Part shown: positions 53,549 to 63,759 of the stretch, one piece after another
Layout of the letters: the number at the start of each line of letters is the position of its first letter
Position numbering within the stretch: the stretch's first letter is position 1
Source of the DNA: an uncultured delta proteobacterium
GTDB taxonomy: Bacteria > Desulfobacterota > Binatia > Binatales > Binataceae
Assembly: GCA_963724765.1 (NCBI GenBank)
Contig: CAVRVY010000004.1
Span: 256,001-320,000 of the forward strand
Direction of reading: 5' to 3'
Length of the DNA stretch: 64,000 nt
Notes under the pieces: generated by a model
Databases searched by the model: none
What the model saw: only the letters and a program-made list of their open reading frames with translations
Told to the model about the DNA's origin: nothing
Translations under genes and position numbers: made by a program

Positions 53549-54133
53549 GTGATGGCTAATCGACGGTTCACCCAACTATCGCCTCGCTGGCGAATGACGC
53601 TGGTTGTGCTTACCCTGATCGTTTTACCGGCCGAATTGCTAGTGCATGGTATTCTGGCCAAGGAATATTATTACCTCAACATCAAGAACCTTCAGCTTGT
53701 GGCTCTTGCGTCGGTAAAGATGGGAGCCCAATATCTGCCGACGGATCCGCGTGCTGCGGTATGGGTCGCAGATGCATATGCGCAGAGTCAAGGAATCGCG
53801 CCGGCCGAGATCGTCTTCACGAGACCCTCTTCTAATAACAGCGAGCTGACAATCAGGTTTGACTGCAAGATTCCTCGATACCTCGCGGTGCTCGCGATGG
53901 GAGGGCTGCCGGCGCGAGATATCAGCGTGACGGCCTCGGCATGGCGGCAAGGCGCACGAGACTCTTTGCGCACTCAGATCCTTGATGTTCCGGGTCGATC
54001 CGCCCATCGCGAGTGTTTGTTGCTCCAAGGCATCCCACGCGCGCGAAAGGTATTATTGTTCGGCATTGCTGCCGTTCCGCGTGTCCGCCGACTATCTAAC
54101 CGACCTGCTCGTTCACTTCGCGAATATCAGTAG
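53549..54133 (+). CDS. Divergent short Tad-like protein, possibly decaying
   Basis: TM helix, then LQ..A.A....GAQYLP...A...A.AYA...G and V.A.A pattern; GGAG RBS; non-conserved tail. Confidence 0.5.
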   Translation: MMANRRFTQLSPRWRMTLVVLTLIVLPAELLVHGILAKEYYYLNIKNLQLVALASVKMGAQYLPTDPRAAVWVADAYAQSQGIAPAEIVFTRPSSNNSELTIRFDCKIPRYLAVLAMGGLPARDISVTASAWRQGARDSLRTQILDVPGRSAHRECLLLQGIPRARKVLLFGIAAVPRVRRLSNRPARSLREYQ

Positions 54134-54165
54134 CCATTTGAGACTAGTGCTGCGCGGAATTGAGA

Positions 54166-56583
54166 TTACGAACCGATCGATATCTGAAACGTCCGGCTCG
54201 CCGATGCGTGACCCCGGTCAGTGACGTAGACCGTGAAGCTCGAGACCCCCGCGAAGCCCGGCGTCCCGCTGATCTCGCCGCTAAAGGTATTGAGCGCGAG
54301 TCCGCGCGGCAGCGCACCCGCACTGACGTAGACGAGATAGGGCGGCGTACCGCCGCTCAACTCCAGCGAGGCGTGATAGAAGATGCCGACGCTGCCGCCG
54401 GAAAGCGTCGCGGCGCCGATCGTCAGCGTCGGAGTGGGCGTCGCGGTCGGGACCGGTGACGGCGTGGGATTGGGTGTAGGCGAAGACGTCGGCGCCGGGG
54501 TCGGCGTTGGAGTCGGAGTCGGCGATGGTGATGGCGTTGGGCTTGACGAAGAAACCGGTGTCGGTGTGGGCGTGGGGGTGGAGGTCGGCGTCGGTGATGG
54601 CGTTGGAGTCTTCGAAGGCGTTGGAGTCGGAGTCGGGGTTGCCGTGGGCGTTGGAGCTGGGGTCGGCGACGGTGACGGCGTGGGCGTAGGCGAAGCGGTG
54701 GCGGTAGGCGTTGGCGAAGCGGTGGTGGTCGGTGTCGCCGTGGGCGTTGCACTGGGTGTAGGGCTAGGGGTCGGCGTCGCTCCTCCTCCTATAGATAGCT
54801 CGGCCCACCAGGTGCCCCAATCGTTGTCGGTCGCTGCATACTCCTGGAGCGTCCATAAGCTGAGATCGTCGATCGGATCCACCATCGTGGTGCTAAAATC
54901 GCCCCATCGATTGTCTCCGGTGCCGAAGTCCTTGAAATAAGGCGCCTGGCCCGCCTTGACCACGGTGCTTGGGGCGCGCAATGTACTGGGCGCGTCAGTA
55001 CCCATCCGCATCGAGAAGCTGGCGCCCGCGTACTGCGCCGCCGAAAACTGAGCGTACCCGACCATCGCGTCGTTTTCCGAATTGACGCCGATCGAGGGGT
55101 ACGCGAAAAACTGTTGCGCAGTCGGGTCGTCGATCCGCCCAAGCTGCTGGATTCCGCCCAAGTCGCCCGCTGTTGTGTCGATCTGCCACCACTGCACCGA
55201 GCATCGATTGGGCGTACCGCTGGCGGGCAGGAAAATGGTCTGCGCGGTCCACAGCGAGCCGTTTCGATAGGCCGTCCAATCCAACCGATCGTCGTCGGTA
55301 TCGATGTCTTCGGTCGATCCCAGTTGCGGTGCGAAGTTGATCGTAGGCTCTACCGCCTGCCACGGCTGCGGTGAAGTCGGCAAGGCGACGCCGGTAGTGA
55401 GGACCTCGGAGCCGACCGCGCCGGTGATCGTACTCATCCGCAGCAGGCCGTTGGCCGAGCTCCACGACTCCAGAAGATAGAGCGTCGTGAGATTGGGATC
55501 ATAAGTTAGCGCCGGATTCATCGAGAAACCGCCGGTATCGTCCTGCATCAATGTAAAGAGCCCGGAACCACCCGCGTAGAGGTCCGCCTTGTCGAAAGCA
55601 TAGATGTTCTCATACTCGAAGAAAGTGCCCTGGATAGTGAACAGGTTGATCCCGACCACGATCCAGTTTTTGTTGAACCCAACGATGGGAAAGTCGCCCC
55701 ATAGCTGGCCCGTAGCATCGACCGGCACACGGTAGAGATTCCAGCCCGCGGTCGGGTCACTGTTCTGCGAGACGCCAATCAGGACCGCGGAGCCTGAAGT
55801 CTGCGGGTCACCCGCGGTGATGATAATCCATCGCTGACCGTACGGATCGTATACCACTCGCGGATCGGTGATGGCGCCGACGCCCAGGCTGGACCAGAAA
55901 CTGAGCAGGCTGGCGGTGCTTATCGGCGTACCCGTGCGGGTCTGAATTTCGATCTGACTATTGAGCGCCAGGACCAGATTGTCCGGTCCCACGGCACCGT
56001 CGGCGTCGGGCGGAATCGCGGTGTTATTGTCGCCGAGTCCCGCAAACCCGCTGAGCGTTTCGTCCGTCAGGTTTTTGGCAGGCGTGAGGATCGCCGGCTT
56101 TTTCGGCTGCACCAGCGGCACTTCAACGAGGGCCGGAGTCGCAACAAATGGATTGCCTTGCGGGCGTACGCCGAGATGACGGCGCGCCGGCATAAGGATA
56201 CCGCGCGCTTCGTCACGGGCGAGCGCCCTGAAGTTTATCGTGACATGAACGGAAGCGTGGTCGGAGCGTCCGGCGATCCGTCGCGCGACGGGAAACGCCT
56301 GGCGTGACGCAACCGCTCCCGAAGCGGCAGCCGCTCCTGAGGTGACAGGAGCCGCGGAATATGCGTTGGAATTGCCACCAGGAGTACTCTCGGCGCTGGG
56401 CTCGTTTGCAGCGGGGGTGTTTGCTGAGCTTGCCGTCGTGCCCGTCGCGAGACTTGTCTCAAAATTTCTCTCGAGACTTGCCGCGGCCCATGGCCGGGCG
56501 ACAACGAGAGCCGTCCATCCCGTTATCAGCAGAACCATCAGCCGCACAACGGTCGCAGACCGCTTGCGGATAGGTTTTGTCAA
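54166..56583 (-). CDS. Secreted protein (PPD..GAVGP / RWGD family) with long PT/PS linker and Ig-like C-terminus
   Basis: Signal peptide; [23 protein letters not shown]; PT linker 54425-54780; GG.PPY..GALP.GL..SG.ISGTP. Confidence 0.7.
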   Translation of the reverse strand: MTKPIRKRSATVVRLMVLLITGWTALVVARPWAAASLERNFETSLATGTTASSANTPAANEPSAESTPGGNSNAYSAAPVTSGAAAASGAVASRQAFPVARRIAGRSDHASVHVTINFRALARDEARGILMPARRHLGVRPQGNPFVATPALVEVPLVQPKKPAILTPAKNLTDETLSGFAGLGDNNTAIPPDADGAVGPDNLVLALNSQIEIQTRTGTPISTASLLSFWSSLGVGAITDPRVVYDPYGQRWIIITAGDPQTSGSAVLIGVSQNSDPTAGWNLYRVPVDATGQLWGDFPIVGFNKNWIVVGINLFTIQGTFFEYENIYAFDKADLYAGGSGLFTLMQDDTGGFSMNPALTYDPNLTTLYLLESWSSANGLLRMSTITGAVGSEVLTTGVALPTSPQPWQAVEPTINFAPQLGSTEDIDTDDDRLDWTAYRNGSLWTAQTIFLPASGTPNRCSVQWWQIDTTAGDLGGIQQLGRIDDPTAQQFFAYPSIGVNSENDAMVGYAQFSAAQYAGASFSMRMGTDAPSTLRAPSTVVKAGQAPYFKDFGTGDNRWGDFSTTMVDPIDDLSLWTLQEYAATDNDWGTWWAELSIGGGATPTPSPTPSATPTATPTTTASPTPTATASPTPTPSPSPTPAPTPTATPTPTPTPSKTPTPSPTPTSTPTPTPTPVSSSSPTPSPSPTPTPTPTPAPTSSPTPNPTPSPVPTATPTPTLTIGAATLSGGSVGIFYHASLELSGGTPPYLVYVSAGALPRGLALNTFSGEISGTPGFAGVSSFTVYVTDRGHASASRTFQISIGS

Positions 56584-56842
56584 ACGCCGCCCGCGCCCTT
56601 TGGCTCTCGTTGCCGCCTTGGCTCAACAGGGTCGGAGTTTTTCGATCGGTCGTCTCCCCTTGCGGTCGGTGCGGCTCCGGCCAAGCGAAACCAAACGGTT
56701 CCGACTGTCCCCCCGCCGCCTCACCTGCGAAGCCGCGCGCAACCTCCGGCTCGATCGATAACTCCTTCCGCAGGCTTTTCGAGCAAAAGGCGGGCCGCTG
56801 AAAATCGCCCTTCGAGACAAGTGTTTCCGTGCCGGGGCGCCA

Positions 56843-56874
56843 AAAAAATGACGCCCGCGCTACACGCGGGGTTG
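56843..56874 (-). terminator. Intrinsic terminator after the acyl-CoA dehydrogenase gene
   Basis: Minus strand cccgcgtgtagcgcggg followed by cgtca and T7. Confidence 0.55.
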
Positions 56875-56917
56875 AGTTCCGGTAGTGCTTCGCTGTGAAA
56901 CGGCTGCGCGCTCGCCC

Positions 56918-58078
56918 TCAGATGCGGTTGCGATTGAGCAGGCCGCGCGCGATCACCAACGCCTGAATCTCGCTGGTCCCCTCTCCGATGATCATCAGCG
57001 GCGCATCACGGTAAAAGCGCTCGACCGGAAACTCGGCCGTGTAGCCATAGCCGCCCAGCACGCGCATCGCGTCCAGCGTTACTTTGACGCAAGCCTCCGA
57101 GGCAAACAGCTTGGCCATCCCCGCCTCGACGTCGCAGCGCTCGCCCGCGTCCTTCTTCTCGGCCGCGCTCTGCACCATCAGCCGCGCCGCCTCGACTCGC
57201 GTCCCCATATCGGCCAGCAGCAGTTGCACCGCCTGATGCTCGCAGATCGGTTTGCCAAAAGTGGTGCGCTGCTGTGAGTAGCGGATCGCGTTCTCGAACG
57301 CCGCCTGCCCGACTCCGACCGCGCGCGCGGCAACGTTGATCCGCCCGACCTCGAGCGCGCTCATCACCTGCTTGAAGCCCTGTCCCTCCTGGCCGCCGAT
57401 AAGATTGCCGGCCGGGACCTCGAGCTCCTCGAACAGCACCTCGCAGGTGTCGACTCCCTTGTAGCCGAGCTTCTTGATGTTGCGGCTGACGGTCGGCCCG
57501 TGCTCGTTTTTCTCCACCGCGAACATGCTGATCCCGGCGTAAGCCGGCTTAGCCTTGGGATCGGTCTTGGCTGCGACCGCCAGCATCGTGCCGTGGCGGG
57601 CGTTGGTGATGAACATCTTGCTGCCCTTGAGCACGTAGTTGTCGCCGTGGCGGACCGCCGTGGTGCGGATCGATTGCACGTCGCTGCCGGCGTGCGGCTC
57701 GGTGAGCGCCAGGCCGCCGCGTTTCTCACCGGCCGCCATCGCAGGCAAAAAGCGCTTGCGCTGCTCGTCGGTGCCGTGATGCGTGATGACGTAGGCCATG
57801 ATGAGATGGCTGTTGATCACGCCCGCCAGGCTCATCCAGCCGCGCGACAGCTCCGTCATCAGCCGCGCATAACTGACGAAGCTCAGTCCCAAGCCGCCAT
57901 GCTCGACCGGGATGGTCGCGCCGAACAGCCCCAGCTCGCGCATCGTGGCAACCAGCGCGTGCGGGTATTCGTCGGCATGCTCCAGCTCGGAGGCGACCGG
58001 GATGACGTCGCGCTCGACAAAGCGGCGCACTGCCTCGATTACGTCGTAATCCATCGTCTCTGCCATCTCGTGTGCCAT
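56918..58078 (-). CDS. Acyl-CoA dehydrogenase
   Basis: LTEP.AGSD, GSKMFITN, KLG, GR...AA, LGGYGY..E..VER.YRDA....IGEGT. Confidence 0.95.
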   Translation of the reverse strand: MAHEMAETMDYDVIEAVRRFVERDVIPVASELEHADEYPHALVATMRELGLFGATIPVEHGGLGLSFVSYARLMTELSRGWMSLAGVINSHLIMAYVITHHGTDEQRKRFLPAMAAGEKRGGLALTEPHAGSDVQSIRTTAVRHGDNYVLKGSKMFITNARHGTMLAVAAKTDPKAKPAYAGISMFAVEKNEHGPTVSRNIKKLGYKGVDTCEVLFEELEVPAGNLIGGQEGQGFKQVMSALEVGRINVAARAVGVGQAAFENAIRYSQQRTTFGKPICEHQAVQLLLADMGTRVEAARLMVQSAAEKKDAGERCDVEAGMAKLFASEACVKVTLDAMRVLGGYGYTAEFPVERFYRDAPLMIIGEGTSEIQALVIARGLLNRNRI

Positions 58079-58502
58079 CTCGCAGTTCCTTTCAACGATC
58101 CAACAAATTGATAAAAATCAGCGGGCGCCGGACGCCCGTGCGGCGAGAGACTAACAGAACGAATCAGTGGGCTGCCAACCGGGAGGGAAAGCCTCCGAAA
58201 ATCTGGTCCGCAGGATCAGCAAGCCGTCAGCGGGCCGTCAGTGGGCTGTCAAAGGGGCTTGCGAAGCGTCAGAAACCTGGCCGGAGCGACGAGGATTTGG
58301 CGGCCAGTGCGGTCGGAGGCGCCGCCGACCTTGTAACTCCAGCGCTGGCGACGACCGCGGCGAGCAGGTGCGTGCGCAATAACGCGCGATCAGAACCCAG
58401 CTCGGTCTGGACTGAAGCTCCCCGGCCTTCGCATGCGTCCACATGCGTCGGCGAGCTACCGACTCCATCGCCCTTGCAAGCGCGGTCGGCGTGTTGATAG
58501 AC

Positions 58503-58523
58503 TAAATGTCAAATTGACGCAAA
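58503..58523. promoter_or_regulatory. NrtR-type operator candidate upstream of nadA
   Basis: taaatGTcaaattgACgcaaa, an AT-rich imperfect palindrome with GT-N7-AC core; NrtR-like gene at 63760. Confidence 0.65.
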
Positions 58524-58539
58524 CTATGGGAACTCTCAG

Positions 58540-59562
58540 ATGACGCTTGAAGTGCAATCCTCGACCGTAACCGCCGCCGCCGCGCGGCTCCATCACAAGC
58601 TCGCCGCCCTCGGACAAGACGGCTACGACCAGGTGGCGTGCGAGCGCTACGCCGTGCAGATCGACGAGATCAACCGGCTCAAGGCCGAGCGCAGCGCGGT
58701 CGTGCTCGCGCACAACTACCAGCGCCCGGAGATCTTCGAGGTCGCCGACTTTATCGGCGACTCGCTGGAACTCGCGTACAAGGCGCGCGAGGTCCGCGAC
58801 GCAGGAATCATCGTGTTTTGCGGCGTCCATTTCATGGCCGAGACCGCCAAGGTTTTCAACCCGGATCGAATGGTGCTGCTGCCGGACATGCGGGCCGGAT
58901 GCTCGCTGGCGGAGAGCATCACGGCTGAGGCGCTGGCCGAGCGCAAGGCCGAGTTACGTGAAATCTATCCCGACCTCAAAGTCGTCTCCTACGTCAACTG
59001 CACGGCCGACGTTAAGGCCGAATCCGACGCCTGCTGCACGTCGGCCAACGCGCTCAAGGTGGTCGAGGCGATCGACTCCCGTCACGTGTTGTTCGTCCCC
59101 GACCAGAATCTCGCCAACTACGTGCAGAGCCAGACCAGCAAGCAGATCATCTCATGGGACGGCAACTGCTACGTACATCATCAGATAACCGCCGAGGAGG
59201 TAGACCGGGTCAAGCGCGCGATTCCCGGAATCAGGGTGCTGGCCCATCCTGAATGCCGCACCGACGTGCTGCGGCTGGCCGACGCGGTGCTCTCGACCAG
59301 CGCGATGGTGCGCTATGCCGAGAACAGCGAAGCCGATAAGTTCCTGGTGGTGACGGAGTGCGGGCTTTCGGACCGGTTGCTGATGGAGATTCCCAACAAG
59401 CACTTTTACAAGGCGTGCAAGCTCTGCCGTTATATGAAAATGATAACGCTCGGCGGTACGCTCGATTCGCTGCGCAACCTGCGCTTCGAGATTGAACTGC
59501 CCGAAGAGGTGCGCGAAGGTGCGCGCCGCGCGCTGGAGCGAATGCTCGAGCTGGGCGCGTAG
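58540..59562 (+). CDS. nadA: Quinolinate synthase
   Basis: LAHNYQ, GDSLEL, FCGVHFMAETAK, AGCSLA, YVN, CYVH, HPEC, C.YMK. Confidence 0.95.
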   Translation: MTLEVQSSTVTAAAARLHHKLAALGQDGYDQVACERYAVQIDEINRLKAERSAVVLAHNYQRPEIFEVADFIGDSLELAYKAREVRDAGIIVFCGVHFMAETAKVFNPDRMVLLPDMRAGCSLAESITAEALAERKAELREIYPDLKVVSYVNCTADVKAESDACCTSANALKVVEAIDSRHVLFVPDQNLANYVQSQTSKQIISWDGNCYVHHQITAEEVDRVKRAIPGIRVLAHPECRTDVLRLADAVLSTSAMVRYAENSEADKFLVVTECGLSDRLLMEIPNKHFYKACKLCRYMKMITLGGTLDSLRNLRFEIELPEEVREGARRALERMLELGA

Positions 59563-59714
59563 CCAGCCGCGGCTACTGACCTGTCCTGCTCGAGCAGCGT
59601 CATCTTCGCGTCTTTCAGTTTGGAGGTATCGAGGCCAGCCCGTTGGACTGCGAAATCGGGCTCGAACTTAGCGTTTGCCAAACCTGGCGCCGGTGGAAGT
59701 CTGAATCAGAATTT

Positions 59715-61178
59715 ATGAAAATCCCGATAAAAAGAAAGTGTAACGCGGGGGTCGCGAGCAGGCGGACATCGGTCGCGCTGAGCATAGTTTTACTATCGGG
59801 TTTACTTTCGGCGTTAGGTCTGAGCGGCGTCGCGGCTGCGCAGGACCTCCCGACGCGGGCGGACTACACCGCGTGGCTGGCCAAATATGCCCAGGCCGCG
59901 CCATCCTTCAAGCCTGGCGACGTCCTGACCCGCAAAGACCTCGAACGGATGCGTCCGTTCGTGCCGCCCGGATACCTCGAGCAGCTCGACTTCCCCGACG
60001 TTCGGATGGAAATCGGCGCCCCGCAAGATCACACGCCGCGCATGGACTTCATGGAGTGCACGGAAAAGTACTCGGACCAGGTGCGGCTCGGCGCTGCCGG
60101 CGACCTGCAGAACTACATCTGCGGCCAGCCTTTTCTGGGCGACGCGATCGTGCCGTCGGACCCGCAGGCGGGAATCGAAACGGCGTGGAATTTTGAATAC
60201 CGTTGGCAGAACTTTGGCTTCGCGGCGTACAGCGTGCCGTGGATCTGGGTGAAGTTTGGCGGCTCTCACTCGCCGGTTGAGATCGAAAAGCCGCCGGTAA
60301 ACTGGAACACCACCGGTTTCAACGCTCCGCTGCCCACCACTGCCGAAACCGCGACGATGTTCGCGGGTGGCGGGACTTTCCAGCGGATGCTGCAGTCCAC
60401 TTTTCAACGGGTCTATTTCAACCACCTGGCGGCGCTGATGAACGCGCACGGGGTGCTCCCCGTGCCGGACGCCAGTCAGTTCGAGTTCAAGGATTTCCTC
60501 GGCTTCTTCGATCCCTTCGATATACGCGGCGCGGCGTTCATCATTTACCGCTACAACGACCCGTTGCGCGCTGACGACGCCTGGGGCTATCTCCCCAACC
60601 TCAGGAACGTCCGCCGCATATCGGTCGAGATCAAGTCAGACTCGGTTCTGGGCACCGACCTGACGTTGGAGGATTTCTTCGGCTTCTCCGGCCGCGTTCT
60701 GGAGTGGCATTGGAAGTTCCTGGGCTGGAAGGATGTGCTGGCGGTCATGAATTCGAAGTACGACGACGCGCACTATTTCGGACCCAACGGAACCATCCCC
60801 AACGATCGCTGGACCGTGCGCAGATTCGCGGTAGTCGAACGCACACCGATAAGGAGCGGGCATCCCTATAGCAGCGCGATCGAATTCCTGGACGCTCAGA
60901 ACTGGGATGCCTCCTACCTGGTCGCCTTCGACCACACGCAGCACCTCTGGAAGATCTTTCAGTTCACCGACGTATGGAGCGAGGATCTCAAGGCGCCAGC
61001 CTTGCAGAAGATCAACGCAGGCATTCACGCCAGTCACCTTCAAGGCACGGTGGCCCTGGATTTGCGGAATCGACGCGCCACTCTGTTTTCGACCTACGGA
61101 GGAGGCTTTCCCGAAGTTACAGCAGAGCATGTGAACTCAATCTTCGATCCCAACTCACTGGAGCAAAGCCACCGCTGA
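59715..61178 (+). CDS. DUF1329-family exported protein
   Basis: Signal peptide; NY..G.PF, DP.AG...AWN, P.D.RG, DD.W.Y.P.LR.VRR, HPYS, D....LWK. Confidence 0.75.
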   Translation: MKIPIKRKCNAGVASRRTSVALSIVLLSGLLSALGLSGVAAAQDLPTRADYTAWLAKYAQAAPSFKPGDVLTRKDLERMRPFVPPGYLEQLDFPDVRMEIGAPQDHTPRMDFMECTEKYSDQVRLGAAGDLQNYICGQPFLGDAIVPSDPQAGIETAWNFEYRWQNFGFAAYSVPWIWVKFGGSHSPVEIEKPPVNWNTTGFNAPLPTTAETATMFAGGGTFQRMLQSTFQRVYFNHLAALMNAHGVLPVPDASQFEFKDFLGFFDPFDIRGAAFIIYRYNDPLRADDAWGYLPNLRNVRRISVEIKSDSVLGTDLTLEDFFGFSGRVLEWHWKFLGWKDVLAVMNSKYDDAHYFGPNGTIPNDRWTVRRFAVVERTPIRSGHPYSSAIEFLDAQNWDASYLVAFDHTQHLWKIFQFTDVWSEDLKAPALQKINAGIHASHLQGTVALDLRNRRATLFSTYGGGFPEVTAEHVNSIFDPNSLEQSHR

Positions 61179-61214
61179 TTGGCTGCGGCTGATCTGTGGC
61201 CGAGACCTGACAGA

Positions 61215-61300
61215 TCGCCCAAGCTCGGCCGAGCCTGGCGTGTCGAAGCCTTCCGTGAACCAGCCGTAATCGGAGCGAGCATCGCCCGCGTTTCGGCGCG
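61215..61300 (-). pseudogene. C-terminal remnant of an adenylate/guanylate cyclase-ATPase-TPR type gene
   Basis: YGWFTEGFDTP matches the terminal 'Y.WFTEGFDT.DL' motif of that family; no intact ORF. Confidence 0.55.
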
Positions 61301-61439
61301 GCGTAGCCTGCTCTGAGGCTACGCCGGAGGGATCCATCGCTTTGAATTCGGAGCGACTTTCTCGCTATGCTCGCATCGACGGTCCCGTTGAGCAGCTCCA
61401 CGCAGCCGCTTGTAACTACGTGACAAACGGGGAGGGACA

Positions 61440-63497
61440 ATGTCGAACTCGGCCCAATCGTTGTCCGACGAACGGCAGGTTTCCGGGGTCCATCTGGTAG
61501 GCAGTGTTCCGCTTGCGGATGCCGACCAGGTGTTTCGAAGGGTAAGTGCGGATCTCGGCGACCGACTAAGACGCATCCCAGATGGCGAGACCGGTCCGCG
61601 AGCGGACTGGATCATCTGGCAGTATCCGGTTCTCAGTTCGCGGCCGGAGTTCGAGATCTGCCCTCCCGGGCCGGACCATTATCGGGCGCTGCCGAGGCTG
61701 CGTCTTGGTGAAGGTGTCTCGGCCGCGGATATCGCCTTCGAACGGCTCGGCTACGCACAAACGGCGGTCGCGTCTTACCGCTTATTCGCAACCCTCAAGC
61801 GTGACGGAGTAGTGCCGGGGCATTGCCGCTTCCAGGTCTCGTTGCCCACTCCGCTGGCGCCCATCAGCGCCTTCGTTGCGAGCGACGCCCAGAGCGCCGT
61901 CGAGCCGGTCTATGAAGCCAGGATGCTGGAAGAGGTGGCGCTGATCATACAAGCGATTCCGGCCGATCAACTTGCTATTCAATGGGATACGAATGTCGAG
62001 TTTGCGATGCTGGAGGGCTCGGTCCCGGCATGGTTCGAGGACGTGCGCGGGGGCATCATGGAAAGGCTATTGCGCCTGAGCCGCCGCATACCGCCCCCGG
62101 TCGAACTGGGTTATCACCTGTGTTATGGCGACGGCCGCCATCGCCACACCGCCGCCAAAGACGCGCGCAAGCTGGTTGAAATCGCAAACGCGCTCAGCGC
62201 CAGTCTGGACCGACCGCTGAACTGGTTGCACATGCCGGTGCCCGCGCGGGCCGAGGAGTCCTACTTCGCGCCGATGGCTAACTTGATACTGCGTCCGGAG
62301 ACCGAACTTTATCTCGGGATAATTGATCCGTCGGACGGACTCGAGGGCGCGTTCGGGCGGATCGGGATGGCCCGGTCTTTCGTTGACGGGTTCGGAGCCT
62401 CCACGGTGTGCGGATGGGGGCGGCAACCCGAGCGGATCGTTCCTGACCTGATCAAGCTGCACGCCGCGGTTGCACGACCCGTGGTCTCGTCCACGGACCC
62501 GCACGTATCGTTCTTATGGCCGAGCGGCTTCGATCGAATACCTGACGAGGATTGGACTCATCAGCCGGTGGAACGTTTCGGCCTCGCCTATGACAAGGTC
62601 GAGCGGCACAGTTGGTACCGGAACCTCGATCCGATCGTCGAGGACCTTGCCGGCAATCTGAAAGAAAACGACATCATGGTGGATTATTCGGGCGGCACCG
62701 GGATCCTCCTCGATCGCCTGAAGTTGAGGATTTTCGACCGCGGCGCCGGCATCCTTATCGTCGACAGCTCGCCCCGGTTTTTACGGGTCGCGGTCGAGAA
62801 ATTCGCCGCCGACCCCCGCGTTGCCTTCCGCCTGCTGCGCTTCCTGAAAGAGGAAAAACGCCTCCAGCGAATCAACGAGGTGCTGAGCCCGTCGCTGCTC
62901 GAGCGCGGAGTTGACAAAATTGCATGCACCAACGCCGTCCATCTCTATACTGATTTCGAGGATACCGCTTGCGCATGGGCTTCCGTGTTGCGGCCCGGCG
63001 GTAAGTTGTTCCTCAATTCCGGAAACATCCGTAACCCTCGCGCGAAGCCTAATCAGTGGATCCTCGATGAAACCGTATGGGTCATTAATGACCTTGCGGA
63101 GGGTATCGTCAGGAGCGATCCCCGCTACGCGGCGTATCGATCCATCCTCGACGACGGAGAACGCATGGAGGCGCATAGCGCGTTTCGAAATCGAGTGTTC
63201 GTCGATCCTCGGCGGCTCGACTTCTATCTGAACACCCTGCGAAGCGCCGGCTTTCAGATCGAGGCAGTGACGGAACACAACATCCGCGCCCGCGTTGACG
63301 ACTGGTACGAATTTTTGAGTGCCTACCATGACGCAGTCCTGGGATGGGTCGGCGGCAATGAGAAAGTCGACGGCCGGGCGCCGGCCGCGGAGGCTATCGC
63401 CGACAGGCTCTCACTAATCCGACAGGCAATAGATACTCTGTTCGGCGGCCGCACGGAGTTCGATGCCTGCTGGACCTATATCAACTGCACGCGTTGA
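61440..63497 (+). CDS. Fusion of a UROD/MetE-like barrel and a class I SAM methyltransferase
   Basis: HLVGSVPL, PDGETG.R..WI, FQVSLPTP, IQWD, HLCYGD, CGWGR; then VDYSGGTG, VDSS, NAVH.Y, LRPGG. Confidence 0.75.
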   Translation: MSNSAQSLSDERQVSGVHLVGSVPLADADQVFRRVSADLGDRLRRIPDGETGPRADWIIWQYPVLSSRPEFEICPPGPDHYRALPRLRLGEGVSAADIAFERLGYAQTAVASYRLFATLKRDGVVPGHCRFQVSLPTPLAPISAFVASDAQSAVEPVYEARMLEEVALIIQAIPADQLAIQWDTNVEFAMLEGSVPAWFEDVRGGIMERLLRLSRRIPPPVELGYHLCYGDGRHRHTAAKDARKLVEIANALSASLDRPLNWLHMPVPARAEESYFAPMANLILRPETELYLGIIDPSDGLEGAFGRIGMARSFVDGFGASTVCGWGRQPERIVPDLIKLHAAVARPVVSSTDPHVSFLWPSGFDRIPDEDWTHQPVERFGLAYDKVERHSWYRNLDPIVEDLAGNLKENDIMVDYSGGTGILLDRLKLRIFDRGAGILIVDSSPRFLRVAVEKFAADPRVAFRLLRFLKEEKRLQRINEVLSPSLLERGVDKIACTNAVHLYTDFEDTACAWASVLRPGGKLFLNSGNIRNPRAKPNQWILDETVWVINDLAEGIVRSDPRYAAYRSILDDGERMEAHSAFRNRVFVDPRRLDFYLNTLRSAGFQIEAVTEHNIRARVDDWYEFLSAYHDAVLGWVGGNEKVDGRAPAAEAIADRLSLIRQAIDTLFGGRTEFDACWTYINCTR

Positions 63498-63555
63498 CCG
63501 GTGCGGCGAATCGAATCTGCCAGGCTATCGAGAAACATAAAAATCGCTTCGCGTC

Positions 63556-63640
63556 GATCCTGCACACTTCGGTAACCCTTGTTCAGGATGACAGCAAAAA
63601 GGCGCCCTTTCTGTCATCCTGAGCGTCAGCGAAGGATCTC
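63556..63640. repeat. Inverted pair of GTCATCCTGAGC-type elements
   Basis: gttcaggatgacag (63581-63594) and ctgtcatcctgagc...cgaaggatct (63611-63639). Confidence 0.75.
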
Positions 63641-63707
63641 CGCGAAGCGATGGATCTTTTTCCCAGCATTTATCAACACCCGGCTCCAGGCCCAGGTTTT
63701 CTCTTCT

Positions 63708-63733
63708 GTAGGGGCCGCTGGGGAGCGGCTCTC
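63708..63733 (+). repeat. GTAG-type REP-like palindrome
   Basis: gtaggggccgctgggagcggctctct. Confidence 0.55.
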
Positions 63734-63759
63734 TTTGAACAAGACACGATTTGGCGGAT

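Noticed and set aside
54425-54780. Repetitive DNA here, at 45975-46120 and at 47245-47345 as mobile or non-coding repeats
   Set aside because: They encode Pro/Thr linkers with varied synonymous codons; the opposite-strand VGVG ORFs are shadows
58090-58500. Gene or ncRNA between the acyl-CoA dehydrogenase gene and nadA
   Set aside because: Short ORFs lack motifs and I recognise no RNA family consensus
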